Shown here in pieces: positions 1 to 9,603 of a stretch of DNA of 64,000 bases (positions are counted from its first letter, which is position 1; every line of letters starts with the position of its first letter). The notes below the pieces were generated by a model. That model had not been told where the DNA came from. It saw only the letters and a program-made list of their open reading frames with translations, and searched no databases. This stretch comes from an uncultured Pseudomonadales bacterium (GTDB lineage Bacteria > Patescibacteriota > Microgenomatia > UBA1400 > PJMF01), in the NCBI GenBank assembly GCA_964570365.1, contig CAZMXT010000004.1, positions 2,792 to 66,791 of the forward strand, given 5' to 3'. The translations under genes and the position numbers were made by a program.

Positions 1-183
1 GATATTATTTCTGAAGAAAAACCAAGAGCACCGTTATTGCTAAAAGACTATGGCTTTGAGTGGCTTTGGAGGATTTTACTCGAACCAAGAAGGTTGGCCA
101 GAAGATACTTTGCAGATGTTTTGGCTCTCACACAGCTGTTTATAAGCCATTTATTAAAAAAACTCAGACTTAACCTTAAATAG
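1..183 (+). CDS. WecB/TagA/CpsF-family (GT26) glycosyltransferase, C-terminal fragment (5' end outside window)
   Basis: Frame 1 is open from position 1 to TAG at 181-183. The translation ...YGFEWLWRILLEPRRLARRYFADV... matches the conserved C-terminal motif of TagA/WecG-type transferases. Confidence 0.5.
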   Translation, partial: DIISEEKPRAPLLLKDYGFEWLWRILLEPRRLARRYFADVLALTQLFISHLLKKLRLNLK

Positions 184-564
184 CCTTACTTTAGCCTGGG
201 TATCAGAATAAAGTGTACGAATGAGAGAGATCTTGGGTAGAAGAAGGTTGCATTCATACTCAAAGTTTGAGTGCCACTCAGCATTAAGATACTCATAACT
301 ATAGACTGTAATTAAAGTTTTCTCACCCAAATCACTTTGACCGAACTTGCAATCATATTTGCCTGGTAGGTCTATACTGTTAAAGTTAAGTTGACGGTAT
401 GTTAAGAAATTATTAGGATACTTTAAGTTGTGTTCTTTATGCATAAGCTCAGTGTTTCCATAACTAAAGAAAGTGGCATCGTCTTCAAAAAAATAAAGTA
501 CTGAGTCATATTGATAGGCAACTGCTATGTTTATGACGCTTTCTGTAAGCGGAGGCTCATTCAA
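154..564 (-). CDS. hypothetical protein
   Basis: 136-aa ORF with no motif I recognise. It fills the gap between two flanking genes. Confidence 0.3.
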   Translation of the reverse strand: MNEPPLTESVINIAVAYQYDSVLYFFEDDATFFSYGNTELMHKEHNLKYPNNFLTYRQLNFNSIDLPGKYDCKFGQSDLGEKTLITVYSYEYLNAEWHSNFEYECNLLLPKISLIRTLYSDTQAKVRLFKVKSEFF

Positions 565-751
565 GTTATTGGGGTGCAGGTCAGTACAGCAAAATCCCAG
601 TGAACATTCTGTTCCTGTTGTGCAACTTTATAAATTGAAGCAATAAGTAAAAAGAAGAATACCAAAAAGAAGAGGCTCCATAAAATTATGAGGTGATTCT
701 GAGTGGACTTTTTACTTTTTCTAATGAGATTTTTCATAAACTTAAGCTAAT

Positions 752-1456
752 CTAGAAATTCACAAAATGGTCCCAACTTCTCATATCACCGCTATGCTTT
801 TGCAAAATACAAAAACTTCCTTGATATTCACGACTTATTCTCTGTAGTCTTCGCTCGTCCCAAAAAAGGATGTTTTTAATAACCCATTCGTCATTTGCAT
901 CAATATTCCACAACTTAAATGGTAAATTCTTAATTAAGAACATCACTGCCTTGCGAACAGACGGATTCCATAAGTTGCGAATAATTAACACTCCGCCATT
1001 TTGCAAAAATTTAGTTGCAAAGTAAATGTCTGTCATGATTCCATCAAATCGTTCATCACCATCCATAAAAAGAAGATCTACTTTTTGATTTAATTTTTTT
1101 AAATTGGAACCAAAAAATTCTTGAGAACTTTGTGAAACAAAATTAATATTCTTCAATTGGAATCGCTCAACTGCCTTCAGGCCCATCATTTCAAAGTTGT
1201 CTTGAAAGTGATCCAATACATAATGTTGTTTAGGTCTAAAAGGTCCTTTCTCCATCCATAGGGTGGAGATGCCGTATCCCAGACCGATTTCTACTATTAG
1301 TTTTGGTTTAAAATCGTTAACAAATTTATTTAAAAAACTTCCTTCACCATAATTAATCGAAGTAGGGAAGTACTTTTTCCTCTGCTCTGCAAATTCTTCT
1401 CCAAAATATATTCCCTCTAAAAAATTCGATATAGTGTTGTCTCGTTTGAATGCCAT
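752..1456 (-). CDS. class I SAM-dependent methyltransferase (sugar/O-methyltransferase-like)
   Basis: Rossmann motif I (LIVEIGLGYGIS) and acidic motif II (LLFMDGD) are present. It sits within a sugar-modification cluster. Confidence 0.6.
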   Translation of the reverse strand: MAFKRDNTISNFLEGIYFGEEFAEQRKKYFPTSINYGEGSFLNKFVNDFKPKLIVEIGLGYGISTLWMEKGPFRPKQHYVLDHFQDNFEMMGLKAVERFQLKNINFVSQSSQEFFGSNLKKLNQKVDLLFMDGDERFDGIMTDIYFATKFLQNGGVLIIRNLWNPSVRKAVMFLIKNLPFKLWNIDANDEWVIKNILFWDERRLQRISREYQGSFCILQKHSGDMRSWDHFVNF

Positions 1457-1478
1457 AATAGCTATTCTAATCTAGATT

Positions 1479-2360
1479 ATGAAAATTGCCTTATTTGGTT
1501 ATGGCTACTGGGGAAAAATTGTCTATAAGGAGCTGACGGCTCTAGGCCTAAGTGTGATGATTGTCGATCCCACTCTTAAAGATCTGAAAGCGTCCACTCA
1601 AAGTGACGTCTTAAAAGATTCCACAATTCAACATTGTTTTATAGTCACACCTGAAGCTTCTCATTTCAAAGTTGCTCAAGCGTGTTTACAAAAAAATAAG
1701 CATGTTTTTGTAGAAAAGCCTCTTTGCCTGAAAGGGATTGATGCTCAAAAGCTGATTTTTCTCAGCCAACATTATAAGCAGGCGCTTTTCGTAGACTACA
1801 CCTTTCTTTATGACGAGGCCTTTCAATACATTCAGAGATATGTCCAAGAGAAGAACTTTGGCTCGTTAGTCTCTGTGCGCACTGTTCGGCATAGCCAGCG
1901 ACAGTCCCAACAGGCTATCAAGATCAGTGATGACTTAGTCATTCATGATTTGTATATCTTAGAGAGACTTTTTGACTCAAAAATTACTAATTTTGAGATT
2001 CTTTTTGCGCAAAACTCAATGCTCAAGTTACAGTTACTCTTTGAAGACAGCAGAATAGCAACTGGTGAGTACGTGTGGTCTGCTCTAAACTCAAAAAGAG
2101 AGATCACTTTAAAAGGTGAAACTGGGGAACTGACTTGGGATAAAACCCAAGCTATAAATAAAGATCAAATGACAGAAAAGTCTCAGCTAGGAAGTACTAC
2201 TACAGAATACATTAAAAAATCTTCAGCATTAAGTAACTCAGTTCAGGCTTTCTTGGAGTTGTCCAAACATACTTTTGCAAACCCCAATCTAGCTCACGAA
2301 GACTACCTTCGTCACGTTAGAATCCTAGAAGGAATTCATCATGCATGTCCCGCTTTTTAA
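1479..2360 (+). CDS. Gfo/Idh/MocA-family NAD(P)-dependent sugar oxidoreductase
   Basis: N-terminal GxGxxG (MKIALFGYGYWG) and the EKPL motif typical of the family. Confidence 0.8.
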   Translation: MKIALFGYGYWGKIVYKELTALGLSVMIVDPTLKDLKASTQSDVLKDSTIQHCFIVTPEASHFKVAQACLQKNKHVFVEKPLCLKGIDAQKLIFLSQHYKQALFVDYTFLYDEAFQYIQRYVQEKNFGSLVSVRTVRHSQRQSQQAIKISDDLVIHDLYILERLFDSKITNFEILFAQNSMLKLQLLFEDSRIATGEYVWSALNSKREITLKGETGELTWDKTQAINKDQMTEKSQLGSTTTEYIKKSSALSNSVQAFLELSKHTFANPNLAHEDYLRHVRILEGIHHACPAF

Positions 2361-3459
2361 CTTAAAACGCCAGCTTGCCAGCCTAGAAGTTGAGATTCTT
2401 CAGAAATTTCAAAGTTGTATAGAAAATACTGAGTTCACTGTTGGAGCAGAGACAGTTGCTTTTGAAAAAGCTTTTGCTGCGCTTTGTCAGACGAAGTACT
2501 CAGTTGGAGTTGGCTCAGGCACTGCCAGCCTTCTCATAGCTTTAAAAGCTGCTGGAATTTCTGAAGGTGATGAAGTGATCACTACACCATTGAGTTTTGC
2601 TGCCTCTGCCGATACAATTGCCTTGGCTGGAGGAACGCCTGTTTTTGTCGAGACACTTGCTGAAACTGGAAATATTGATCCAAAATCTATCGAACAGCAC
2701 ATTACCCCCAAGACAAAAGGATTGCTGATAGTCCATCTCTATGGTGTCCCGTGTGAGATGGATGAAATTTGCGCTATCGCGAAAAAGCATCATCTTTTCC
2801 TGATCGAAGATGCTTCACATGCCCATGCCAGTCTATATAAAGGCCAGCCAGTTGGGTCATTTGGGTTAGGTGGGTGCTTTTCTCTGTATCCTTCCAAAAC
2901 ATTGGGAGCGTTAGGAAATGCGGGGGTAGTTGTATCGAGCAATAAAGAATTTATTAAAAAAGTTCGGATGTATGCCCATCATGGAATTGCTGACTTAGCG
3001 CATAAGTACTCACATTCTGTACATGGCTATAACGAACTGATTGATAATCTCCAAGCTGCTGCCTTGAATGTCAAAATGAGGCGGTTACGTCAGTGGATTG
3101 TCCGGAAAACTGAGATTGCAGTCATATACAACCGGACTCTCCAACAACTTAATCAACCTGGAATGTGCTTCCCTGATAACACTCAGCCATCTTTATATGT
3201 TTTTGCAATTCAGGTCAATAAAAGAACAGAATTCCAAGAGTTTTTAAACAAAAAGGGGATCGAGACAGGTATCTACTATCCTACCCCCCTGCACCTTCAG
3301 CAATCCTTCAGCAACAGAAAAGACCTAAAACAGGTAAAGCTGAGTTTTCCGCTCGCAGAAACTTTTTTTGCTCAAACAATGTCTCTTCCACTTTATCCAG
3401 AATTAACAGATCTGGAAGTTGAGTATATTTGCCAAGCTATTAAAGAATTCTTTCAATAA
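2341..3459 (+). CDS. DegT/DnrJ/EryC1/StrS-family PLP-dependent nucleotide-sugar aminotransferase
   Basis: DEVITTPLSFAASADTIALAGGTPVFVE signature and a PLP-lysine context (SLYPSKTLGALGNAG). It overlaps the upstream gene by 20 nt, suggesting translational coupling. Confidence 0.85.
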   Translation: MHVPLFNLKRQLASLEVEILQKFQSCIENTEFTVGAETVAFEKAFAALCQTKYSVGVGSGTASLLIALKAAGISEGDEVITTPLSFAASADTIALAGGTPVFVETLAETGNIDPKSIEQHITPKTKGLLIVHLYGVPCEMDEICAIAKKHHLFLIEDASHAHASLYKGQPVGSFGLGGCFSLYPSKTLGALGNAGVVVSSNKEFIKKVRMYAHHGIADLAHKYSHSVHGYNELIDNLQAAALNVKMRRLRQWIVRKTEIAVIYNRTLQQLNQPGMCFPDNTQPSLYVFAIQVNKRTEFQEFLNKKGIETGIYYPTPLHLQQSFSNRKDLKQVKLSFPLAETFFAQTMSLPLYPELTDLEVEYICQAIKEFFQ

Positions 3460-3512
3460 AGTCAGCTCTCTATTGTTTAAGAGGTGATGCTCAGGATACA
3501 CTTGATGTAGTT

Positions 3513-5678
3513 ATGTTAAAGTTAGATCAAGTCTTATTTTTTCTTGGCTACTTTAGTTTGCTGTTCTTACTTTTAACCCTAGGTGATGTTGAAATTGTGG
3601 TAGTTTGGCTTGGTCTGATTGCGTCTTTTTTCTTTCTTTTTAGAGAAAAACTCACTTTGAATTTTTATCAACCTGGCTTCCTCGCTGCGACGTTACTGTT
3701 GAGCGTGACTGTCTTTTCTTTACTCACCACCGTGAGTTTGCCAGCTACTGTCTTAAGAATATTGGTGTTCTTAGGAGCTTTCTTAGCTTTCCTCTTCTTT
3801 CTTCGTCTAGATAAGAAATGGATCTCTGACGAGCTGCTGGCCTTAGGTTTTGTAGCCGTAGGTGTGGCAATTTCCCTGCTTACTTTAATCCTCCTTATTT
3901 TCCCTCAGATAAGTAGTAGGTTGCCGCCAATGAACCTGCTCGTCTCGACGTATGGCCATAACCATGCGGCGACATACTTGGGTTTTTCACTTCCTCTAGC
4001 TTTTTACTTCTGGTGGGAAAGGAGAAGTCGTTGGGTTTCGATTGCTCCATTACTGATTATTATCCTGGGGTTGGCACTTACGTTTGCTAGATGGTCAATT
4101 CTCGTTTCGCTCATATTGTTCTTTATCTTATTGAGCCGGGTTCCAACTTCTCGGAAACAGAAGCTGCTCTCGTTCGTCATAACACTCCCAATCCTGGTAT
4201 CAATTTTTATTCTGAGCTTCTTCAGTTTAGGTAAAACTGAGTGTCCTTTTTTAAGTTATCAATCCCAGTTGTGTAAATCTATTCAGGTAGAGGCCAGGCC
4301 AGAGTATTGGCAGCAAGCCATTCAGGGCCTGAAAGAAAAGCCGCTGTTTGGTTGGGGACCAGGAGCCTATTTTATTAATTCCAGAAAAAATGCTGAAGGG
4401 GCAGCCTTTTATTCAGCCTATGCTCACAATGAGTATCTTCAGATCTTGGCTGAGTATGGGTTGCTGGGTGGGGGAATTTTCTTGATCTTTCTTGCTTTTT
4501 TATTTAGGAGAGCTCTCGGTATTATCTTCCAAAAATATTCCCTACATACAGCTCTTGCAACGTCAGTACTCTTTCTGCTCTTGGATGGATTACTTGACTA
4601 TAACTGGACCTTCTCCGGTATTTTATGTATTCTTTTTTCAACGGCAGGTCTCATTTTCCGAGAGTCGGTCTCAAAGCCTTTAGTAACTTCTCCAGCTGTG
4701 AAGAAGTTGTATAAGCTTGTTTACCTAAGTATCACTACTACAATAATTCTTCTTAGTCTCCTGGCTTCTGTATCTTTGCTTTTGGGGAAACTGAAAAAGC
4801 CGGAAATAGCTAATCAATTTTTTCCTTTTTTTGAGTTTCAAACAGAGCGGTTACTTAGCTCTGAAAATTTTCCTCAGTCTCAATCTCAGCTCATAGCAAC
4901 TCTCTACTGGAATCACTCCACTATTTTGTCTAAGCTCTCTCAATCCGGTTATGAGCAGGAGCATAAAGCTCAGTTATTGACGCAAATGATTGCGCTGGAA
5001 CCGAAGAACTTGCTCTATCAGAAAGAAAGACGCAAACTGCTCATTGAGGCGAAAGATTGGCAAGGCTTGATCCAGCAAGCGCGAGACTTTCGTGTTGTGT
5101 ATCCTGGTACAACAATCTGGAATCTCTCTGAGGCTAGCCACCTGCAAATTGTTGATGAGTTGGTCAAAGCAGGAAATAAGGCTCTCGCTGATGACCCGGA
5201 GGCTGCTGCTGCTCTCTATTTGGCAGCCTATGACCTTAATCCATGGCTGATCAATGCTACTGATTTTGAGGTGAACATGTTCCAGCAATTGAATAGTCTT
5301 GAAGATGCAAAAGCGCTCGCCTTTCTAGGCTCATTTCAAGTTCAGGATATTGGCAGATACCATCCAGTTATAGGGGATTGGTGTCGGGGGAAGATCAAAG
5401 AGAAGATCATCGGTAGTCAATGGCATGAAGTGTCTGAGTATACACAGTGCGTACTTCGCTTTTCGCCTTGGAGTGGTCACTTAGTCTGGCTCGATGCTTC
5501 TCAAGTTTTTATGGCACATCCTCAATTTAAAGTAGGAAAGCCAGCTGAGCAAAGATCCTTCGTTCAGAGTTGGGCAGAAGTGCATACGATCTTAAGTTCT
5601 CATAAAGGGGAGTATGAGCTGGATAAAAAATCTGAGGAAGAGCTAGCTCTCTATCTCAACGAAGTAGACAAGCTATAG
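3513..5678 (+). CDS. O-antigen ligase/Wzy_C-family polytopic membrane protein with C-terminal TPR-like helical domain (candidate O-oligosaccharyltransferase)
   Basis: About 12 predicted TM helices. Wzy_C motif WGPGAYF...YAHNEYLQILAEYGLLGG. A roughly 330-aa soluble helical C-terminal extension follows. Confidence 0.7.
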   Translation: MLKLDQVLFFLGYFSLLFLLLTLGDVEIVVVWLGLIASFFFLFREKLTLNFYQPGFLAATLLLSVTVFSLLTTVSLPATVLRILVFLGAFLAFLFFLRLDKKWISDELLALGFVAVGVAISLLTLILLIFPQISSRLPPMNLLVSTYGHNHAATYLGFSLPLAFYFWWERRSRWVSIAPLLIIILGLALTFARWSILVSLILFFILLSRVPTSRKQKLLSFVITLPILVSIFILSFFSLGKTECPFLSYQSQLCKSIQVEARPEYWQQAIQGLKEKPLFGWGPGAYFINSRKNAEGAAFYSAYAHNEYLQILAEYGLLGGGIFLIFLAFLFRRALGIIFQKYSLHTALATSVLFLLLDGLLDYNWTFSGILCILFSTAGLIFRESVSKPLVTSPAVKKLYKLVYLSITTTIILLSLLASVSLLLGKLKKPEIANQFFPFFEFQTERLLSSENFPQSQSQLIATLYWNHSTILSKLSQSGYEQEHKAQLLTQMIALEPKNLLYQKERRKLLIEAKDWQGLIQQARDFRVVYPGTTIWNLSEASHLQIVDELVKAGNKALADDPEAAAALYLAAYDLNPWLINATDFEVNMFQQLNSLEDAKALAFLGSFQVQDIGRYHPVIGDWCRGKIKEKIIGSQWHEVSEYTQCVLRFSPWSGHLVWLDASQVFMAHPQFKVGKPAEQRSFVQSWAEVHTILSSHKGEYELDKKSEEELALYLNEVDKL

Positions 5679-6180
5679 TGGTAACTAACAAGAGAACATC
5701 TTTAGCAATACTTCCATCTCGTAACGTATTCTCTTCCAATTTCCTCCACTTCTCCAAAGAAAAATATCTCTTTGGATCAATCGCCCAAAGTGAGATCACC
5801 CCTGGTTTTACCTGGTATCGAAACTCCCACTCTTTGTCTAGTTTCTTCGCTTCTGCGAGAGGTAGGGGGCGAGGGCCAACGAGGCTCATTTCGCCTCTTA
5901 GAATATTTATTAGTTGAGGCAGTTCATCCAAACCGCTGCGAGACAGAAACTTTCCTAGGAGAGTAAAGCGGGGGTCATCTTTCATTTTAAACATTGGCCA
6001 GGGCGCTTCATTCTGGCCCAATAAAGTCTTTTTTTGCTTTTCTGCTCCCACAGTCATGGTACGAAACTTAATCAGGGGAAATGAACGCTTCTGGTACCCA
6101 ACTCGCTGCTGGATGAAGAGAATTGGCCAGCCACTCGTAATAAAAACGCCAATGAGGATCAAAAGAAAAATTGGCCACAA
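5656..6180 (-). CDS. small monotopic phosphoglycosyltransferase (PglC/WbaP-C-terminal-like bacterial sugar transferase)
   Basis: 174 aa with a single N-terminal hydrophobic helix and conserved KFRTM...DELPQLINILRGEMSLVGPRP motifs. Confidence 0.8.
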   Translation of the reverse strand: MWPIFLLILIGVFITSGWPILFIQQRVGYQKRSFPLIKFRTMTVGAEKQKKTLLGQNEAPWPMFKMKDDPRFTLLGKFLSRSGLDELPQLINILRGEMSLVGPRPLPLAEAKKLDKEWEFRYQVKPGVISLWAIDPKRYFSLEKWRKLEENTLRDGSIAKDVLLLVTTIACLLR

Positions 6181-6323
6181 AAGAAGAATCGCTAAAATCG
6201 CTGAAGTAACGTCAAAAAGACGTTTCTGTGAACTAAAGTAGTAGGGTGAGATGAACTGGCTAGAAATATCTCTGTATCTTAGTTCATCTTACTAGTATGA
6301 ACAAGCGATATTGTTGAGCGGAG

Positions 6324-7838
6324 TTAAGTAATATCCTTAGGATCATCGGCGTTGGCAAAATCAGCTTCGTTTGCGCCTCGACTTTGCCAATAACTCCAGA
6401 TTCCAGTGGCAATGCAGAGAAATCCGCCTGCTAGAAGCATTAAAGTAGTGCCTACAGAACCAGATTTAGGTAACGCACTTGAGGTAGATGGCATGGTTAC
6501 TCGGGGAGAAGCACTGGTGCTGGCACTTGATGAAGCAGTTGGTGATGGTGAAAAAAGAGGACTAGGTGACGGAATCGTAAACGGGTTATTGGTCCCAAAC
6601 GGAGTTGGTGAGGTATTTGCTTGAGCTAGTAGTCTGCTGGTCGCAGTTGAACTGACATAAAAAGTTTTGGTCTCTGTTTTTTGCTGGCCGGTTGCAGGAT
6701 CTGTATAGGTGATAGTCACTGAGTGCTCACCTGGCTCAAGTTCTTTCTCTCCTAGTGAGAGAGGGAGAGAAAAATTCCCAGCTGCATCAGCAGTCACTTG
6801 AGTAACAATTTGAGTTTCTGAGTTAACCTGAATAGTTACCACTACGCCAGGAGCTGCTTTACCCATAATGGTAGGTTGAGTGGTGTTCACCGTTGGCTGG
6901 TCTACCTTGTCTAAGTTGACTGTTACAACCTCAGTAGCAGCTGGTGTCGGAGAATCTTCTGGTAGCGGAGAAGGTGACTCACTTGGTAAAGAGCTCGGAT
7001 TTTCTGCAATCACGTCATTTTCTGCCTTATCAGGGTCTTCATCTTCACTGCTGCTATCTGTAGTGAAAGTATCTGTATCTGGCTGGGCTGCACCACCTAA
7101 ACTGATCGTGCGAACTGGCTGTGACTCGTCAACCGTAACTTGGAGTGTAGTTGTACTGGAAATTTGAGGACCCTGAACAAAAAGGTTGAGTGTTTCAGTA
7201 GAACTTACGTCAACTGGTTCTAAGGAATCTCTTTTACGAGCATTGGAGAGAGGGATTGCCCAGCTCCCAGAACTGCGCACCAGAGTAGAAAGCTCTCCTA
7301 CTTCAGGAATAGTTAGGTAGACAACTGCACCTTCGGCGGGAGAGCCACTTGCAGCCATAATATTTCCATAAACAGTTTTCGCAGCTGTAGTTGCTCTGGC
7401 GCGTTTAGCAGTTTTGACGGTAAAAGGTGCGCCATTATTATCATGCTTAGAGACTGAGGCAGTCCCCAAGGTAAAGTAATAGTCCTTATCAGGATCAACA
7501 TTCTTGACGCTAATATGATGAGTAGAGTATTGGCCAACACTACCAGACAATTGGTCTCGATCATCACTCGCCTGGAGCTTGAGCTCAGTGGCAATTTCTC
7601 CATACTTAATAAAACCACTGGTAGCTTCATCTGTTAAAAAAGAAACCGTAAAGCCCGTGTCATTCACATTCGTCACTTTAATATTTTGAGGGGTAGTCTG
7701 CGGAGTAGCTCGAGGGGTAAAAACTCCTCCTCCAGTTCCAATCATAGCAATCCCACCAATTAAGGAGAGAATAAGAATTCCAATACCCAGTAAGGTTGGA
7801 ATTTGACGTTGGGCAGTTCTTTTTTGAAAAGCAGGCAT
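6324..7838 (-). CDS. cell-surface protein with N-terminal signal anchor, Ig-like/CarboxypepD_reg-like domains, Ser/Thr/Pro-rich linkers and C-terminal LPKSG + TM segment
   Basis: N-terminal TM (LLGIGILILSLIGGIAMIG). Low-complexity PT/S-rich stretches. A GNFSL Ig-like segment. C-terminal LPKSG is followed by a hydrophobic helix and an acidic tail. Confidence 0.6.
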   Translation of the reverse strand: MPAFQKRTAQRQIPTLLGIGILILSLIGGIAMIGTGGGVFTPRATPQTTPQNIKVTNVNDTGFTVSFLTDEATSGFIKYGEIATELKLQASDDRDQLSGSVGQYSTHHISVKNVDPDKDYYFTLGTASVSKHDNNGAPFTVKTAKRARATTAAKTVYGNIMAASGSPAEGAVVYLTIPEVGELSTLVRSSGSWAIPLSNARKRDSLEPVDVSSTETLNLFVQGPQISSTTTLQVTVDESQPVRTISLGGAAQPDTDTFTTDSSSEDEDPDKAENDVIAENPSSLPSESPSPLPEDSPTPAATEVVTVNLDKVDQPTVNTTQPTIMGKAAPGVVVTIQVNSETQIVTQVTADAAGNFSLPLSLGEKELEPGEHSVTITYTDPATGQQKTETKTFYVSSTATSRLLAQANTSPTPFGTNNPFTIPSPSPLFSPSPTASSSASTSASPRVTMPSTSSALPKSGSVGTTLMLLAGGFLCIATGIWSYWQSRGANEADFANADDPKDIT

Positions 7839-7916
7839 AAACTAATCAATTTACTTTAGGTGAATGCCGGGTGGAATACAACGCGAAGAAGGTCCGAAAC
7901 ACAGTCATGACAACAG

Positions 7917-8324
7917 CTATGGGGAAGGTACTTCTTCAACTACTGGAAGAGGAGTGGGGCTCTGTCCTACAGTCTCAGTCTCAGGGCCGGCAATAGCAGG
8001 AGTAGCTGGAGGTTGGTACGGGTATGAGGGTGAGTCCACGATGACAGTTTTTTTGCCCGTCTCATCTTCGGTGAAAAGAAAGAGTGGGAAGTCAGTCAGC
8101 TCTTCTGATTGATAGCCTTTTTTTTGCTCAATCCGTGAAACAACTTCCAAGTTGATATTGGGATTGAGTGGCTCAGCTAAACGAAGCAGCTCCGGAGATG
8201 TCTCAGTCACTTGCTGGGTTCGAAAAATGCTAATTCCTATCCAGATCATGGCGGTTACAAACGTAAAGATTAGAATCCGCAAAACAGCTTGGCGTTGTTT
8301 TAAATCTTGTAAATGACTTTGCAT
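7917..8324 (-). CDS. small membrane protein in pilus-assembly cluster (PilP-like position; function unknown)
   Basis: One TM helix near the N-terminus and a Pro-rich C-terminus. It lies directly downstream of the pilO-like gene on the same strand. Confidence 0.4.
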   Translation of the reverse strand: MQSHLQDLKQRQAVLRILIFTFVTAMIWIGISIFRTQQVTETSPELLRLAEPLNPNINLEVVSRIEQKKGYQSEELTDFPLFLFTEDETGKKTVIVDSPSYPYQPPATPAIAGPETETVGQSPTPLPVVEEVPSP

Positions 8325-8331
8325 AATTATT

Positions 8332-8994
8332 CTACTTTGTTTCTACTGGTTGTGCAGGGTCAGCGGATGTCGTGGCATTGGCCGCTTCTAAATCATAGTA
8401 AGGAATATTGAGGGTGACTGTGGCTTGAAGGCCTTTTTCGCCAACTTGCTCCACTTTATTAAATAGAATTGAATCGACGGTAAAGACCCGGCGAACAGCC
8501 CTCAGGTCTTCTATAAACTTGCGAATGACTAGGTACTTACCATCAAGAATTACCACGACTGGCCTTGAAACCCGACTTTTTCGAGAAAAGAGTACATCTG
8601 GGTCAGTTTCCTGCGGTACTTGTTTCGCCTCAATCGAGGAAATAGTTAAGTTGTTTTCGCTGGCAACTTTTTCAATAATCGCCAGGGCAGTTTCAAATTG
8701 AGGCGTGGGAGGAATGGCTTCATCTAGTACTCCCAAACGTTCTTGGTTAGTGATGTACGTAGATTGGAGAGTAGATAGTGACGCAACTTTTTCTGCCAGT
8801 TTTTGATTTAATACCTGTTTGTCTTCCATTTCTTTAATCAACTTAGACATTGTCAGCAGCGTGGGGCGGATTGCAAAAACAGCAAAGAAAACAACTGCAA
8901 TGGCAGTAAAGAATAATTCTAATGAAACCTTTGCCACGGGCTTATCGTAAAACTGTTTCAGGGTATTCTGGATTTGTTTTTGTGTATTGATCAT
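8332..8994 (-). CDS. pilO: type IV pilus assembly protein PilO-like
   Basis: About 220 aa with an N-terminal TM followed by a coiled-coil, which is typical PilO architecture. It follows the pilN-like gene with a 1-nt gap. Confidence 0.6.
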   Translation of the reverse strand: MINTQKQIQNTLKQFYDKPVAKVSLELFFTAIAVVFFAVFAIRPTLLTMSKLIKEMEDKQVLNQKLAEKVASLSTLQSTYITNQERLGVLDEAIPPTPQFETALAIIEKVASENNLTISSIEAKQVPQETDPDVLFSRKSRVSRPVVVILDGKYLVIRKFIEDLRAVRRVFTVDSILFNKVEQVGEKGLQATVTLNIPYYDLEAANATTSADPAQPVETK

Positions 8995-8995
8995 G

Positions 8996-9556
8996 CTACT
9001 TAGGCTTTACTTTGGTGGTAACTGCTTGAATACGGAACTCAAAACCGCTGTTCTCGAGTTGGGCAGTTTCAATTTTCTCGACATCCACATCACTAAATCG
9101 ACCAGAAAACTGTAAGTTATTAATTAGTAAGCTCAGTGAAACATTAGACCGAGCCACTCCATTCAGAATTACTCTACCTGGCTGAATCTCTAAAGAATCC
9201 ATCACCACATCATTCGGGGTAATTTGAGTGAGAACTGGGAAAATTTCAATAATGTTTTCTTGCTGTTCAACTTGGATATAGTTGGTAGTTTTTTTCTGAA
9301 TCGCTTTAATGTTCTCTTCGAGATCTCCATAGGAATTAATAATAGATTTTTTTTGTTGAATAGCACCATTGAGATCGGTAATTCGACGATCAAGAGTGAA
9401 GCGACTAGCAAAACTTAAGATCACGATAACTTCAGTGAAAATGATTAAATATCGACCCACAGACATCGCCCACTGCAATAATTTGCCCAGTGGCGTATCA
9501 AGAAAAGGATCTTTAGGTAGTAAGTTCACCTGAAGGGACACCGGCTTTTTCATCAC
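8996..9556 (-). CDS. pilN: type IV pilus assembly protein PilN-like
   Basis: 186 aa with a short cytoplasmic N-terminus (LQVNLLPKD), one TM and a periplasmic domain, which is the PilN topology and start motif. Confidence 0.65.
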   Translation of the reverse strand: MMKKPVSLQVNLLPKDPFLDTPLGKLLQWAMSVGRYLIIFTEVIVILSFASRFTLDRRITDLNGAIQQKKSIINSYGDLEENIKAIQKKTTNYIQVEQQENIIEIFPVLTQITPNDVVMDSLEIQPGRVILNGVARSNVSLSLLINNLQFSGRFSDVDVEKIETAQLENSGFEFRIQAVTTKVKPK

Positions 9557-9603
9557 TTCATTGTATACATGAAAGGTAGCTCTAGACCAGTATTAGCTTG
9601 GGA

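Noticed and set aside
2487-2793. Antisense ORFs (74 and 83 aa) inside the DegT aminotransferase gene
   Set aside because: They lie fully within a strongly supported conserved CDS on the other strand and have no motifs. Typical shadow ORFs.
4492-5288. Small ORFs (63 aa +, 104 aa -) inside the Wzy_C/TPR gene
   Set aside because: They are embedded in a longer, motif-supported ORF. Alternative-frame artefacts.
6324-6420. Sortase LPXTG sorting signal on the surface protein
   Set aside because: The motif is LPKSG, and the post-TM tail is long and acidic rather than short and basic. It is treated as a C-terminal TM anchor, not as proven sortase substrate.
6406-7630. Several 72-105 aa ORFs on both strands within the surface-protein gene
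   Set aside because: The low-complexity S/T/P-rich region produces open frames on both strands. Only the 504-aa frame has signal, domains and an anchor.
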